Positions 1 to 8,757 of a DNA stretch of 64,000 nucleotides are shown piece after piece; positions within the stretch are counted from its first letter, which is position 1; every line of letters starts with the position of its first letter. The notes beneath the pieces are model-generated. The model ran no database searches and was not told where the DNA came from. It saw only the letters and a program-made list of their open reading frames with translations. Source of the DNA: Minisyncoccia bacterium (GTDB lineage Bacteria > Patescibacteriota > Minisyncoccia > Phycocordibacterales > Zambryskibacteraceae); the NCBI GenBank assembly GCA_041742965.1, contig JBGTNQ010000010.1, positions 38,079-102,078 of the forward strand, in the 5' to 3' direction. A program made the position numbers and the translations under genes.

Positions 1-2
1 GA

Positions 3-176
3 AAAGTGGGCTTTATAACTCCTGACATGCTTAAGGAGCTTGTACCCGACTATTCTGAGAGGGTGTTTTTTATATCTGGTCCCGATGCAATGGTCACAAA
101 CTATAAGAAACTTCTTCGCTCTTTAGGAGTATCAAGAAAAAATATCAAGACAGATTATTTCCCAGGTTTCGCTTAG
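3..176 (+). CDS. C-terminal fragment of an FAD/NAD(P)-binding oxidoreductase (ferredoxin-reductase-like); N-terminus lies outside the window
   Basis: Frame 3 is open from the window edge to TAG at 174-176. The FISGPDAMV motif is typical of the NAD-binding domain of ferredoxin-reductase-type oxidoreductases. Confidence 0.4.
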   Translation, partial: KVGFITPDMLKELVPDYSERVFFISGPDAMVTNYKKLLRSLGVSRKNIKTDYFPGFA

Positions 177-195
177 TATTTAGGTATTTAGTGAC

Positions 196-241
196 TTAAA
201 AAACATTCCAACATTCTTGAGAATGTTGGAATGTTTTTTAA
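196..241. terminator. Bidirectional rho-independent terminator hairpin with a 19-bp perfect stem and TTGA loop, flanked by A-run and T-run; member of a two-copy hairpin family
   Basis: aaaaaacattccaacattc-ttga-gaatgttggaatgtttttt sits between convergent genes (ends at 176 and 248). A near-identical hairpin occurs at 29871-29914. Confidence 0.6.
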
Positions 242-247
242 TTAGGG

Positions 248-1147
248 TTAGTCAAAAATGTTTACTAGGTATTCGTCTATGGTTCTTTGATCTAAATCAT
301 AGAAGTTTATTTCTTCTCGATTTAGGTATCTTGCCAAATCTCGTCCAACAAATCTCCAATGCCATGGTTCATATTGATAATAAGTGTTGTTTTCCGGGTA
401 TGAAAGTATGAATCCGTATCTATAGGCATTTTCTTTTAACCATTTAAATTCTGGCGTGTTGTGAAATCCGACAAGTCCATTGCCGAGTGCTGGGGTGGTG
501 AAGTCAACGGTGGTCCCAAGCTGGTGTTCAGAATAACCCTGATCAGCTGAAAACTGGTTTGCTGTACCCGCACCGTAAGTAATAGTGTATCCAGTTTTCA
601 ATACTTCTTGTGTGTCGAATGATCTGAACGCAGAAGCTATCTTTAAGCTCATCCCATCCCCCTTTGCTTTTTCTAAAAGGTTTTCTAAATGAGGTATTAC
701 ATCCGCATGTAGATAGAGATCTCTCACTCCGTTTCTAGTATATTCTGGGTCAATTTGCTCTGTTCTAGGTGGTGTGTAATGTTCATTTAAGAAAAATACT
801 TTAGAATATTTTTGAAGAAGTTCGGGATCAGTTTTTGAAAGTTTTTCTAATACGCCCACAGTTCCGGCGATTTCATTTATTTGATTTTCAAAATTAGTAT
901 TACGCTCTTGTTCTGCGTAAAGTGTGTTGGCTAGATTATAGTTCTCATCTTGAGAGCGAGCTAAATCTTTCTCTAATACAACAATCCGGTCTTTTAGATT
1001 TTGTATTTCTATTCCCGCATCTGAAGCCTGTTTTTTAGAAGAAAAGAATAAGAACAAAGAAACTCCGATTAATATAAGAATCAGAAATGTCTCGCTCCAT
1101 GCAAAGGCCTTTAGTTTTGTGATGGTGGGGTAGGGGCTTCGATCCAT
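248..1147 (-). CDS. D-alanyl-D-alanine carboxypeptidase, peptidase M15 (VanY-like), membrane-anchored with coiled-coil linker
   Basis: N-terminal TM helix and coiled coil. C-terminal M15 core motifs (FRSFDTQ, SEHQLGTTVDF, EPWHWRFVG). Confidence 0.75.
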   Translation of the reverse strand: MDRSPYPTITKLKAFAWSETFLILILIGVSLFLFFSSKKQASDAGIEIQNLKDRIVVLEKDLARSQDENYNLANTLYAEQERNTNFENQINEIAGTVGVLEKLSKTDPELLQKYSKVFFLNEHYTPPRTEQIDPEYTRNGVRDLYLHADVIPHLENLLEKAKGDGMSLKIASAFRSFDTQEVLKTGYTITYGAGTANQFSADQGYSEHQLGTTVDFTTPALGNGLVGFHNTPEFKWLKENAYRYGFILSYPENNTYYQYEPWHWRFVGRDLARYLNREEINFYDLDQRTIDEYLVNIFD

Positions 1148-1220
1148 AGGCGATATTCTAGCACAGCCCTCTTTTCTGGCGAATATTGCTAGAATAGACC
1201 ATCTAACGTATTTTTAGTAT

Positions 1221-1730
1221 ATGAGATTAAAAACTATTAAAGTTAACGACAAGATGCAGAGGGGATTTGCATATAGATTAGTTGAGCCAGAGGGGAAAAA
1301 TTTTGATATAGACTTTAAACCAGATTTGACTCCTAAGCAGATGTTGGCTCTAGGAGTTTTTGGTGGAAAGTATATGACTGACTGCCAGAGCGAATTTCCT
1401 AGGCAATGGTTTAAAGATGCCAAGCTTTCTCCGGAAAAAAGAAATCCAAAGTTAAACTATTTTGGTGTAAATGCTAGTCAATCTTTGTCTGTTTGGAAAA
1501 AGAAGGGCTGGATATACAAAGATGACCCCAGAGGTTGGTTTCAGTGGTATTGCCGTTACTTTTTAGGCAGGAGAATTCCCAAAGAAGATGGAAGGCAAAT
1601 AAAGAGATGGAAGGCAATATCTAGGCATATTGCTCAACTTAGGGCGAATTGTAGGCCCAGAGATGAGTTCTGTCGTCCAAAGCAAAGACAGGCCATTCTT
1701 CATTGGGCATATGATACTAGGAAGTATTAA
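1221..1730 (+). CDS. Hypothetical basic Trp-rich protein (169 aa)
   Basis: Clean ORF with an extended -10 (ttgctagaat) about 30 nt upstream. Conserved-looking GWFQWYCRYFLGRR block; I cannot assign a family from memory. Confidence 0.55.
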   Translation: MRLKTIKVNDKMQRGFAYRLVEPEGKNFDIDFKPDLTPKQMLALGVFGGKYMTDCQSEFPRQWFKDAKLSPEKRNPKLNYFGVNASQSLSVWKKKGWIYKDDPRGWFQWYCRYFLGRRIPKEDGRQIKRWKAISRHIAQLRANCRPRDEFCRPKQRQAILHWAYDTRKY

Positions 1731-1790
1731 TAGTATATGCGGATTTTATTTGGTGTATAATTAGTTAGTTATTAGATTTATAAAAATAAA

Positions 1791-2399
1791 ATGAAATTTC
1801 GTTATTTTTTAGTTCTATTGTTTTTTGTACTTTTGCCAGTAACTAGTTATGCTCAGACTGCTACTCCTTCAATCGATGACCTTTTGGCGCAAATAAAAAC
1901 GCTGATGGCGCAAATTGAAGAGTTGCAGAAAAAAATGGGACAAGCCCAGACTGAGCTTCGAACTCTTTTGAAAGACAACTTAAAAGAGGGAATGACTGAT
2001 GAGGATATAAAGAAAGTTCAGGAGCTTTTGGCTACTGATCCGGATATATATCCTAGAGGTCTTGTAACTGGTTATTTTGGACCATTGACCAAAGATGCCC
2101 TGAGGCGCTTTCAGGAAAAATTTAAGTTGAAAGTTACTGGTGAAATAGATGAAGATACTAAGGTATATCTAGAAAATTTCTTGAAAGAGAAATTTGGAGA
2201 CAATATTCCACCTGGGCTCCTCCGTGCTCCAGGAATACAGAAGAAGGTTGAGTTGAGAATGATAAATGGTGATTGTAGTGGTATTAAAGGAACAGCTTTT
2301 CTTTGTAAAGAATTAAAGACTAAATGGGCGGACGAAGATGATGAAGACGAAGAAGACGACGATGAAGACGAAGATGGGGATGACGACGACGAGAGCTAA
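1791..2399 (+). CDS. Secreted peptidoglycan-binding-domain protein with poly-acidic C-terminal tail
   Basis: Signal peptide, coiled coil, a PG_binding_1-like block (LTKDALRRFQEKFKLKVTGEID) and a D/E-only tail. Confidence 0.65.
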   Translation: MKFRYFLVLLFFVLLPVTSYAQTATPSIDDLLAQIKTLMAQIEELQKKMGQAQTELRTLLKDNLKEGMTDEDIKKVQELLATDPDIYPRGLVTGYFGPLTKDALRRFQEKFKLKVTGEIDEDTKVYLENFLKEKFGDNIPPGLLRAPGIQKKVELRMINGDCSGIKGTAFLCKELKTKWADEDDEDEEDDDEDEDGDDDDES

Positions 2400-2420
2400 T
2401 GTTTCCAAGGACTTTTAATA

Positions 2421-2454
2421 AAACACCTTCGCTTTAGGCGAAGGTGTTTTATTT
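2421..2454 (+). terminator. Rho-independent terminator (12-bp stem, T-run)
   Basis: aaacaccttcgc-tttag-gcgaaggtgttt followed by tattt, directly after the stop at 2399. Confidence 0.6.
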
Positions 2455-2465
2455 AGAAAACAAAA

Positions 2466-2499
2466 CCACCCGCAGAAGCACGGATGGCTTCGCGGGTGG
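2466..2499 (-). terminator. Rho-independent terminator for the minus-strand gene 2501-2845
   Basis: ccacccgc...gcgggtgg stem, followed on the minus strand by a T-run (revcomp of 2456-2465). Confidence 0.55.
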
Positions 2500-2500
2500 G

Positions 2501-2845
2501 CTACTTCGATATAGACCTTTCGGCTAAATCGAGCAGCTCCTCGAGGCTTGTTATTGTACCTTGAATACTTCTGGTTTTGCTGGGATTGTTTCCATCCGTA
2601 TTTTCTTTATATTCAAAGGTTGCAATTCTTTTTCCTTTGTTTTCCTCTTCTTCGATTAGGGTGACAAGAAGAAGGGAGGCGAAGATTAGTTGGTCGAGAT
2701 TTATAAATTCGTACCTGATTCGTACCCGTTGTAGTTTTTCTACTATTTCCTCACCCAAGTGGTGCGTTAACCACTCTTCGTCTTCAGCCATCTCATCGCC
2801 CTCGTGATCCTTCCAATCTTCTTGGTGGCTAAAATCGTCTGACAT
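2501..2845 (-). CDS. Hypothetical acidic protein (114 aa), GC-rich cassette-type gene
   Basis: Higher GC than neighbours. AGGGGG ribosome-binding site 5 nt before the ATG at 2845 (the longer ORF to 2881 would use TTG). Own terminator. Confidence 0.45.
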   Translation of the reverse strand: MSDDFSHQEDWKDHEGDEMAEDEEWLTHHLGEEIVEKLQRVRIRYEFINLDQLIFASLLLVTLIEEEENKGKRIATFEYKENTDGNNPSKTRSIQGTITSLEELLDLAERSISK

Positions 2846-2993
2846 AGAGCCCCCTAATTGAAGGTTGGCAGATTGAAACAAAAGGCGGGAACTTCCAAAG
2901 GTAATCGTAGCATAAAAATAAACCCACTAGGCAAGCTTATAGACCTGCTTAGTGGGTTTATTAATCTTCAATATCTTATGAATTTCCTAGTAA

Positions 2994-3248
2994 TTAAGGA
3001 GTGTCGGTGGTTTCCTCATCCGTACTATCTGTAGGAGTTATATCTGGAATAGTCACATTTATATTGGTAGAAGTTTCTGAAGTCTCTGAAGTTTCTCTGG
3101 TCTCTGTAGCAGGGGGGGTTCTGTAGCTAAACCAAAAGAAAGCCGCAATGCCGATAACTAGGATTAGTATTACAACCGCCACAGCCCAACCAGAGTCACC
3201 TTCTGTTGGCCGATTTGTGTTCGGTGGGGTATTAATTACTGTTGTCAT
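2994..3248 (-). CDS. Small membrane protein with Thr/Glu-rich repetitive tail (84 aa)
   Basis: Single TM helix (VAVVILILVIGIAAFFWF) and TETSETSETS repeats. Terminator hairpin at 2920-2962. Confidence 0.45.
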   Translation of the reverse strand: MTTVINTPPNTNRPTEGDSGWAVAVVILILVIGIAAFFWFSYRTPPATETRETSETSETSTNINVTIPDITPTDSTDEETTDTP

Positions 3249-3396
3249 ATATTATATTTATTAACTTTTAATCTGAGCTATATGTGTAGCCGTTTTACCC
3301 GCAAATGTATTACAGAGTTATATTTTGGTAATGATTAAAGTATTAACTCGGCTTATGTTTGTGTATAAATTATCAATAACTAAATCATAAAATATT

Positions 3397-3564
3397 ATGA
3401 ATGAACATATAAAAAAAGAAGAAGAGAAGACAAGAGATGATTTAGAAAAAGCTACAGCTGACAAGGTTGATGCTGAGAAAAGGGTAGCAGATGCTAAGAC
3501 TACACAAGCAGATATGGCCCAAGAATCAGCTGATGAGGCCAAAAAAGATGCAGAAGAGGCTTAG
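3397..3564 (+). CDS. Possible small highly charged protein (55 aa)
   Basis: Below the ORF-track cutoff. MNEHIKKEEEKTRDDLEKATADKVDAEKRVADAKTTQADMAQESADEAKKDAEEA. More plausible than the antisense 74-aa ORF 3318-3542. Followed by a hairpin near 3602-3632. Confidence 0.25.
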   Translation: MNEHIKKEEEKTRDDLEKATADKVDAEKRVADAKTTQADMAQESADEAKKDAEEA

Positions 3565-3722
3565 TGGTAAATAAGGCAACCATGTCAATTTATAGCAAAC
3601 AAAAACCTCAAGATTTTTCTTGGGGTTTTTGTATGATAGTAAGTTGATGGGAAAATATTTTTTAATCATATAGTTGTGTTTGATTTTTGCCTTTGGTGTG
3701 CTGATTTTTATATAATACTCTT

Positions 3723-3971
3723 ATGAGTAAAAAAATCTCTAATGGTGTGGTACATAAATTACCTACAGATTTTTGTAAAATCCTCATTTCTTTTCCAGCA
3801 GTTCTGGTCCTATGGGAAGATATAACCCCACTAGCTCGCAATGAATGGATATGTTGGATTGAATCTGCAAAAAAGCACGAGACACGAGAACGCAGAATAA
3901 AGATAATGTGTGAGAATCTTTTGGCGGGGAAACGAAGACCTTGTTGTTGGGCGGGCTGTACCCATCTCTGA
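3723..3971 (+). CDS. YdeI/OmpD-associated (bacteriocin-protection) family small protein
   Basis: C-terminal pattern NEWICWIESAKKHETRERRI matches the YdeI/OmdA domain signature (EY..WI..AK..ETR.RRI). Confidence 0.5.
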   Translation: MSKKISNGVVHKLPTDFCKILISFPAVLVLWEDITPLARNEWICWIESAKKHETRERRIKIMCENLLAGKRRPCCWAGCTHL

Positions 3972-4074
3972 AAAATTAAAGCAAAATCATCCTAGGGGGC
4001 GGTTAAATTTTCTTGGCTCCGCTTGATAAAAGTTTTTAAGCCTGGTTCAGTCAGAAAAATTAATGACCTAAAGT

Positions 4075-4740
4075 TTAAACGACACCCTTATTATTTATCA
4101 CGTCCTCAGCCATTTCCTTGTTTTCTTTCACTACATCTTCAGTAATTTTATCGACCGCACCCCCAATTAATGGAATTGATATCTTCTTTAAGTATAAATA
4201 ACCTACAAAGGAAGTAGTAATTGCACCGATAGCGTCAAGAATCAAATCTATCATAGTATCCTCAAGGCTATTTACTTGTAGGTTTGTATGGAGTGTTCGA
4301 TCGGCTATAAATTCAAAAATTTCCCATAGGGCCCCTATCATTAGGGCGAAGGAAAAAGCAAAAAGAATGATTAGGGAATGAGGGATACGTAATCGATTTG
4401 TGTTATAGAAAACATATATTATCAAGAATCCTACAATCCCGAATACACTCGCAGAGATAAAATGTAAAAAAGCATCGTACCAATGAAACTTATCATAAAA
4501 CTCATTAAATTGACCCAAAAAAATTGACGCAAATATAAAGATTATTGAGCCGTACACGAAGATCATGGGCATATGAATATCATGTACACCTTTCAAATAA
4601 TTCGGAATCATTGATACTAGAAGCATCAGCAATGCTACAAAAGTCACCTGAGGCTGGTTATAGATATATGCAAAAATCGCTCCAGCTAATAGCAGAATGT
4701 TGGTGATAGTGAGTGACAAAATGTTCTTATAGATTTTCAT
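4075..4740 (-). CDS. Polytopic inner-membrane protein (DUF2238/YjdF-like), 222 aa
   Basis: The AT-rich coding part starts at ATG 4740 (MKIYKNIL...). 5-6 TM helices and an ALWEIFEF motif. The upstream 255 nt of the ORF-track ORF is GC-rich and probably leader, not coding. Confidence 0.5.
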   Translation of the reverse strand: MKIYKNILSLTITNILLLAGAIFAYIYNQPQVTFVALLMLLVSMIPNYLKGVHDIHMPMIFVYGSIIFIFASIFLGQFNEFYDKFHWYDAFLHFISASVFGIVGFLIIYVFYNTNRLRIPHSLIILFAFSFALMIGALWEIFEFIADRTLHTNLQVNSLEDTMIDLILDAIGAITTSFVGYLYLKKISIPLIGGAVDKITEDVVKENKEMAEDVINNKGVV

Positions 4741-5068
4741 AATAAACCATTGCTTAGATTGTATATTAGCAAACTTTCGGCACCATATCCTGTACTGCTC
4801 ACATATGGTGAACAAGTTCACCGTGTCCGTCCGTATCTTTATGCGAAGGAGGAGAGCTACTAACTGAGTTAGAATCAAAAGCGATTCCCATTTTAGTGCT
4901 ATTTTGAAATTCCCCAAGGTTAATAATAAACCAGACCTTGGGCTATAAGGCGCGCGCCTAGACGCCGTGTAATTCTTTCTTGTGCCATACGGCACTTGTT
5001 AATTAGATAGGTCGGTTAATGTAGAAAACAAATAATTTTATTAACTATTCTTGTAACTCAAAAAATAT

Positions 5069-5317
5069 ATGGGAATAATTTTATGGATTGTGTTTGGAGC
5101 ATTGGTGGGTTGGATAGCGTCTTTAATTATGAAAACAGATGCAAAGCAAGGCGCTCTCCTCAACATCGTTGTGGGTATTGTGGGTGCGGTATTGGGTGGT
5201 TGGATCATGAATGCGATGGGACAAGCCGGAACTACGGGATTTAATCTATATAGCTTTCTGGTCGCTTTAATAGGCGCAGTGGTGCTTATTGCTATCGTAA
5301 AAGCCATCCGACAGTAA
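5069..5317 (+). CDS. GlsB/YeaQ/YmgE family stress-response membrane protein
   Basis: 82-aa two-TM glycine-zipper protein ([12 protein letters not shown] ... [10 protein letters not shown]), classic transglycosylase-associated family. Confidence 0.85.
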   Translation: MGIILWIVFGALVGWIASLIMKTDAKQGALLNIVVGIVGAVLGGWIMNAMGQAGTTGFNLYSFLVALIGAVVLIAIVKAIRQ

Positions 5318-5371
5318 ATATTTTTTAGTATAAAACAATAAAATATAATGGTTGGGAATTTCACCAACACA

Positions 5372-5393
5372 AAAACGCCCCCAAAGGCGTTTT
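5372..5393. terminator. Bidirectional terminator hairpin (aaaacgcc-loop-ggcgtttt)
   Basis: Perfect 8-bp stem flanked by an A-run and a T-run, between the glsB-like gene and tRNA-Asn. Confidence 0.6.
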
Positions 5394-5404
5394 TGTGTTG
5401 GATG

Positions 5405-5476
5405 CTCCGGAGACAGGGATCGAACCTGTGACCTTACGATTAACAGTCGTTTGCTCTACCGCTGAGCTACTCCGGA
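5405..5476 (-). tRNA. tRNA-Asn (anticodon GUU)
   Basis: Cloverleaf on the minus strand: acceptor TCCGGAG/CTCCGGA, D-stem GCTC/GAGC, anticodon loop CTGTTAA, T-arm ACAGG-TTCGATC-CCTGT, discriminator G. Confidence 0.85.
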
Positions 5477-5613
5477 ATATTCTTTTTTGTAAAGAACAGG
5501 AGAAATAGTATCAAAAAGAAACTAAAAATCAAACAGCGCAAGTGGTGTGGATTTGTTTATTTATGTTAATATTTTTCTCGGTAGTACAATAAACCGCCAC
5601 CTTTGGAGGACTT

Positions 5614-5841
5614 ATGACAGCAACGGGGGATATGGCGGTGTCTATGACACCGCAGGTTCGTGGGGAATTCCTCAAGGTCATCAAGGCTTTCGGGACAGAT
5701 GTACCCGGAAACCTTCTTGAGCTTTCTCAGTTTCTCCGTCGTGAGGCCAGCAGAGTGGAGATTATGCACAGCTCTGAGGTGGTCCTTGAGGCTCAAGGTC
5801 AAACTTCTATGGGATTTAAGTGGTGTGATCCAGAAGAGTGA
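5614..5841 (+). CDS. Hypothetical small protein (75 aa), GC-rich cassette-type gene
   Basis: GGAGGA ribosome-binding site 5 nt before ATG. GC-rich relative to flanks. Terminator ccggcgc-taaagt-gcgccgg-tttt at 5861-5884, then a TATAAT box. The antisense 114-aa ORF is judged spurious. Confidence 0.45.
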   Translation: MTATGDMAVSMTPQVRGEFLKVIKAFGTDVPGNLLELSQFLRREASRVEIMHSSEVVLEAQGQTSMGFKWCDPEE

Positions 5842-5860
5842 TTTTTCGGGAGGTTTGGAG

Positions 5861-5884
5861 CCGGCGCTAAAGTGCGCCGGTTTT
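5861..5884 (+). terminator. Rho-independent terminator
   Basis: ccggcgc/gcgccgg stem followed by tttt. Confidence 0.6.
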
Positions 5885-6029
5885 GCTATAATAAGGTAAT
5901 GAAAAAACAACCCAAGAACATATCAAAAGAAAAAGAGCTACACATGACCATTCCTCCGCGAATGGAAGGTAAGGTCAAGAATGCAAAAATGAATCCGGTG
6001 CGTAAACCAAAAAAGAAGCGCTAGATTTT

Positions 6030-6257
6030 ATGTATATTAAAGTAAATGTAATACCAAAGTCTAAGAGGGAAGAAATAATAAAAGAGAAGGAGGGTTATTA
6101 CAAAATATCTGTAAGAGAACCAGCAGAGAGGAACTTTGCTAACAAGAGGGTGCGAGAGCTTTTGGCCAAGGAGCTCGGATTCCCCTTGGCCAAGGTCCGT
6201 CTTATTTCAGGTCATCATACGCCACAAAAAATGTTCTCTATCATTAATGATGAGTAG
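6030..6257 (+). CDS. DUF167 (YggU/UPF0235) family protein
   Basis: 75 aa. Pattern VNVIPKSKREEI...YYKISVREPAERNFANKRVRELLAKELG...VRLISGHHT matches DUF167. Confidence 0.6.
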   Translation: MYIKVNVIPKSKREEIIKEKEGYYKISVREPAERNFANKRVRELLAKELGFPLAKVRLISGHHTPQKMFSIINDE

Positions 6258-6310
6258 GCATTTTTTTTGGTATAATTTCTAGAGAAAATTAAAAATAAGA
6301 AAAACACATA

Positions 6311-6691
6311 ATGAACAAAAACATCAAGGCAACAAACATAGAACTTACTCCTGCAATCTCAGACTATATAGAGAAGAAATTTTCTGCCTTTGATCGTTTT
6401 GTGGACAATACACACGGTGGTGCTCATTGTGATGTGGAAGTGGGAAAGACTACCAAACACCATAGACAAGGAGATGTGTTTAAGGCAGAGGTTAATATGA
6501 AGGTTTCTGGTCAGAATTTTTATGCCGTTTCTGAAAAAGATGATTTATACGCATCAATTGATGAAGTAAAAGATGAAATCATTCGCCAGATTACAGCGCA
6601 CAAGGATAAATCTACGACACTAATGCGCAAGGGAGCATTGAGGGTTAAAAATATGTTAAAAGGTTTAGATCCAAGAAATTGGAGAAAATAA
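6311..6691 (+). CDS. hpf: Ribosome hibernation promoting factor (HPF/RaiA, short form)
   Basis: N-terminal NIKATNIELTPAISDYIEKKF is the conserved HPF/YfiA signature. Confidence 0.9.
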   Translation: MNKNIKATNIELTPAISDYIEKKFSAFDRFVDNTHGGAHCDVEVGKTTKHHRQGDVFKAEVNMKVSGQNFYAVSEKDDLYASIDEVKDEIIRQITAHKDKSTTLMRKGALRVKNMLKGLDPRNWRK

Positions 6692-6692
6692 A

Positions 6693-6851
6693 ATGAATTC
6701 ACTTCAAAAAGTAGTTAGAAAAGAGATAACCGCAGGGGTCCTCCTCGGGGGATTGGGCATTGCTCTTTTTTTCTGGTTTACTGCTTACACTCAGGAGAAG
6801 GTAGATGCTTTTTCAAACTATAGTGTTACAGCTGAATACAAGGAACCCTAG
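6693..6851 (+). CDS. Possible small membrane protein (52 aa)
   Basis: ATG 2 nt after the hpf stop with GGAG 9 nt upstream. One TM helix (GVLLGGLGIALFFWF). Below the ORF-track cutoff. Confidence 0.3.
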   Translation: MNSLQKVVRKEITAGVLLGGLGIALFFWFTAYTQEKVDAFSNYSVTAEYKEP

Positions 6852-7705
6852 TTTGAAATAAATCCACGTTTGAAGTCATCAAAAGACATCTCTTTTTTTC
6901 CTGCCGGTATAACCCTTTCTAGAACAAGTTCTCCATTTTCTATGCGAGCTTTTTTTATGACGATACGCATTGGTCCATTTTTGGTATCTAATTCTGTATA
7001 AGCATTTGGCCAACCAGAAAAAGCCCTTATTTTTCTCAGATTTTTTTCAGGGTTATCTTCGAGATTTATCTGACCGTTCTTTTTTTCGATTTTTTTGCAA
7101 TAGGTTGCTTTGGAGTGATCTTGTGGAGTTTCTGCGATTTTTCCTTGAACCCAATCTGAAATTACACCTCTGAGAAGGACTCCTCCCTCATGGGCTAGGA
7201 GTTTTTCTAAATCCTCCATATACATAGGCCACTCGGGTGTTTCTGTTTCTTTTCTTATAACTATTGGGCCGTGGTCCATCTCCTCATCTAACCGCATTAT
7301 AGTTACTCCTGTTTTATCTTCATTCAATATGGCCCCCTGTATGGGAGATGGGCCCCTAAGTTTAGGCAGAAGGGATGGGTGAACATTTAGTGTTTGGCAT
7401 TCTGGGATTTCTAATATATTTTCGGGGATTATTTTTCCGTAAGAGGCAACGATAAATAGCTTATAACTTATAGCTCTTAGCTTAAAGATAACCTCGGGGT
7501 CTTTCAAAGACTTTGGTTGTATAAACGGGATGTTGTTTTTTTCAGCCCATACTTTTACGGGCGGTGGAGTGATGGCGAGGTGTCTGCCTTGTGGTTTGTC
7601 TTCTTGTGTGACTATAAGAGATGGGATAAATCCACCCTTTTTGAGTTCTTCTAATATCATTACTGAAAACTCTGGTGTGCCAAAAAATACAAATGAAATT
7701 TTCAT
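6848..7705 (-). CDS. fmt: Methionyl-tRNA formyltransferase
   Basis: Formyl-transferase N-domain (IVTQEDKPQGR, HPSLLPKLRGPSPIQ) and C-terminal domain. 4-nt overlap with def upstream. Confidence 0.9.
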   Translation of the reverse strand: MKISFVFFGTPEFSVMILEELKKGGFIPSLIVTQEDKPQGRHLAITPPPVKVWAEKNNIPFIQPKSLKDPEVIFKLRAISYKLFIVASYGKIIPENILEIPECQTLNVHPSLLPKLRGPSPIQGAILNEDKTGVTIMRLDEEMDHGPIVIRKETETPEWPMYMEDLEKLLAHEGGVLLRGVISDWVQGKIAETPQDHSKATYCKKIEKKNGQINLEDNPEKNLRKIRAFSGWPNAYTELDTKNGPMRIVIKKARIENGELVLERVIPAGKKEMSFDDFKRGFISN

Positions 7706-8244
7706 CTTTTTTTAGTTCTGGATTTCTTCAGAACTTCAGGGTCTATTTCCTCAAGATCTTTTGCTGTGTCTGTAAACAATATACCGTTTAGGTGGTCTGT
7801 CTCGTGTTGGAAAATTTGGGCCATAAGTCCTGAAGCACCTTTTTTGAAAAAGTTGCCATTTTCATCATATGCTTCAATGCTCGCTTTTGTGGAGCGTTTA
7901 ACTTTTCCATAGAGCCAGCGGACGGAGAGGCACCCTTCCTCCATAAATTCTTTTTCTTTTGAGAGCTTGGTGATTTTTGGGTTTATAAAAACTATATCTG
8001 GATATCGGGGTGCATCGTCAGCGTCTCCTTTTATGAAGTTTAAGACCCTTCCAGACACTATAAAAATCCGCAAAGGCACCCCTATTTGTGGGGCGGCTAT
8101 GGCGACTCCGTCGTCCTCTGCGTCTAGGGCCGATTTCATATCAGAGAGAACTTTTTTGATTTTTAGGCTTGCTATTTCATCTAGCGACACATCTTTTGCA
8201 GTGCTCCTGAGGGTTTTGTGCTCACTTTGGAGTATTTTGACCAT
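7702..8244 (-). CDS. def: Peptide deformylase
   Basis: Motifs GVGLAAPQIG, EGCLS and QHETDHLNG (HExxH). Confidence 0.9.
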   Translation of the reverse strand: MVKILQSEHKTLRSTAKDVSLDEIASLKIKKVLSDMKSALDAEDDGVAIAAPQIGVPLRIFIVSGRVLNFIKGDADDAPRYPDIVFINPKITKLSKEKEFMEEGCLSVRWLYGKVKRSTKASIEAYDENGNFFKKGASGLMAQIFQHETDHLNGILFTDTAKDLEEIDPEVLKKSRTKKR

Positions 8245-8380
8245 AAAAAAACTCTAACATAGGAGTAGGGAATGAGGAATAGGGAGGGAAAGAATAAAGA
8301 ATAAGGAATGACGAATAAGGAGCGGGGATTTATTGTAAAAAAGAAACCGCCCGATAGAGCTGGACGGCTCTTTCGGGCGG

Positions 8381-8668
8381 TTAAGGCCACCGCCTCAAAT
8401 CACCACAGTAAACTTTTTTTTCGGAACTAACGCCACAATCTCCCCAGATCATCAGAACCTCTCCGCTGTCCGGTAGGTCGAAGGAGACCCGCTGTTCCGG
8501 CACGAAGGTTTCCCTCCATTTTGAGGTGAGACCGGCTCCGTCAACTGTCCCGATGACAACAACGGTCATCGGATCGGTGTGAGCGGAGGGAGCTTTCTCC
8601 TGATTTGAGAAAGCAAAATACAAGAGCGCAGTGAAGAAGCCACTCGCAAACCAAAGCGCATTTCGCAT
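8381..8668 (-). CDS. Hypothetical secreted protein (95 aa), GC-rich cassette-type gene
   Basis: GAGGGA ribosome-binding site 4 nt before ATG 8668. Signal peptide. GC-rich. Terminator ccgcccga...tcgggcgg at 8343-8383. Confidence 0.45.
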   Translation of the reverse strand: MRNALWFASGFFTALLYFAFSNQEKAPSAHTDPMTVVVIGTVDGAGLTSKWRETFVPEQRVSFDLPDSGEVLMIWGDCGVSSEKKVYCGDLRRWP

Positions 8669-8757
8669 TGTTCCCTCAGGGTTGATTGTTAGGACTGTTC
8701 AAGATCTACTTCTAATTATATCACACTATATTTAAAAATGCAAGGACAAAAATAACC

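Noticed and set aside
3318-3542. 74-aa minus-strand ORF rich in Ser/Ala
   Set aside because: Low-complexity antisense translation of a more plausible + strand 55-aa charged ORF. No ribosome-binding site or promoter.
4741-4995. yjdF-type riboswitch upstream of the membrane protein
   Set aside because: The downstream gene resembles E. coli YjdF/DUF2238, not the B. subtilis yjdF with which that riboswitch associates. No consensus could be verified by eye.
5590-5900. Possibility that the GC-rich block is tmRNA, RNase P RNA, SRP RNA or 6S RNA
   Set aside because: I could not find the tRNA-like 3-prime end (GGTTCGAnTCC...CCA), the RNase P GGAAAGTCCGGGC / ACAGAAnnnGGCTTA boxes, or the SRP GGAAGCAGC loop. 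A ribosome-binding-site-led ORF and terminator fit better. The same negative check was made for 11805-12070, 33060-33360 and 46340-46760, which stay unassigned.
5566-5910. 114-aa minus-strand ORF and 79-aa + ORF overlapping the GC-rich 5614-5841 gene
   Set aside because: GC-rich DNA is open in several frames. Only the + 75-aa ORF has a GGAGG ribosome-binding site and is followed by a terminator.
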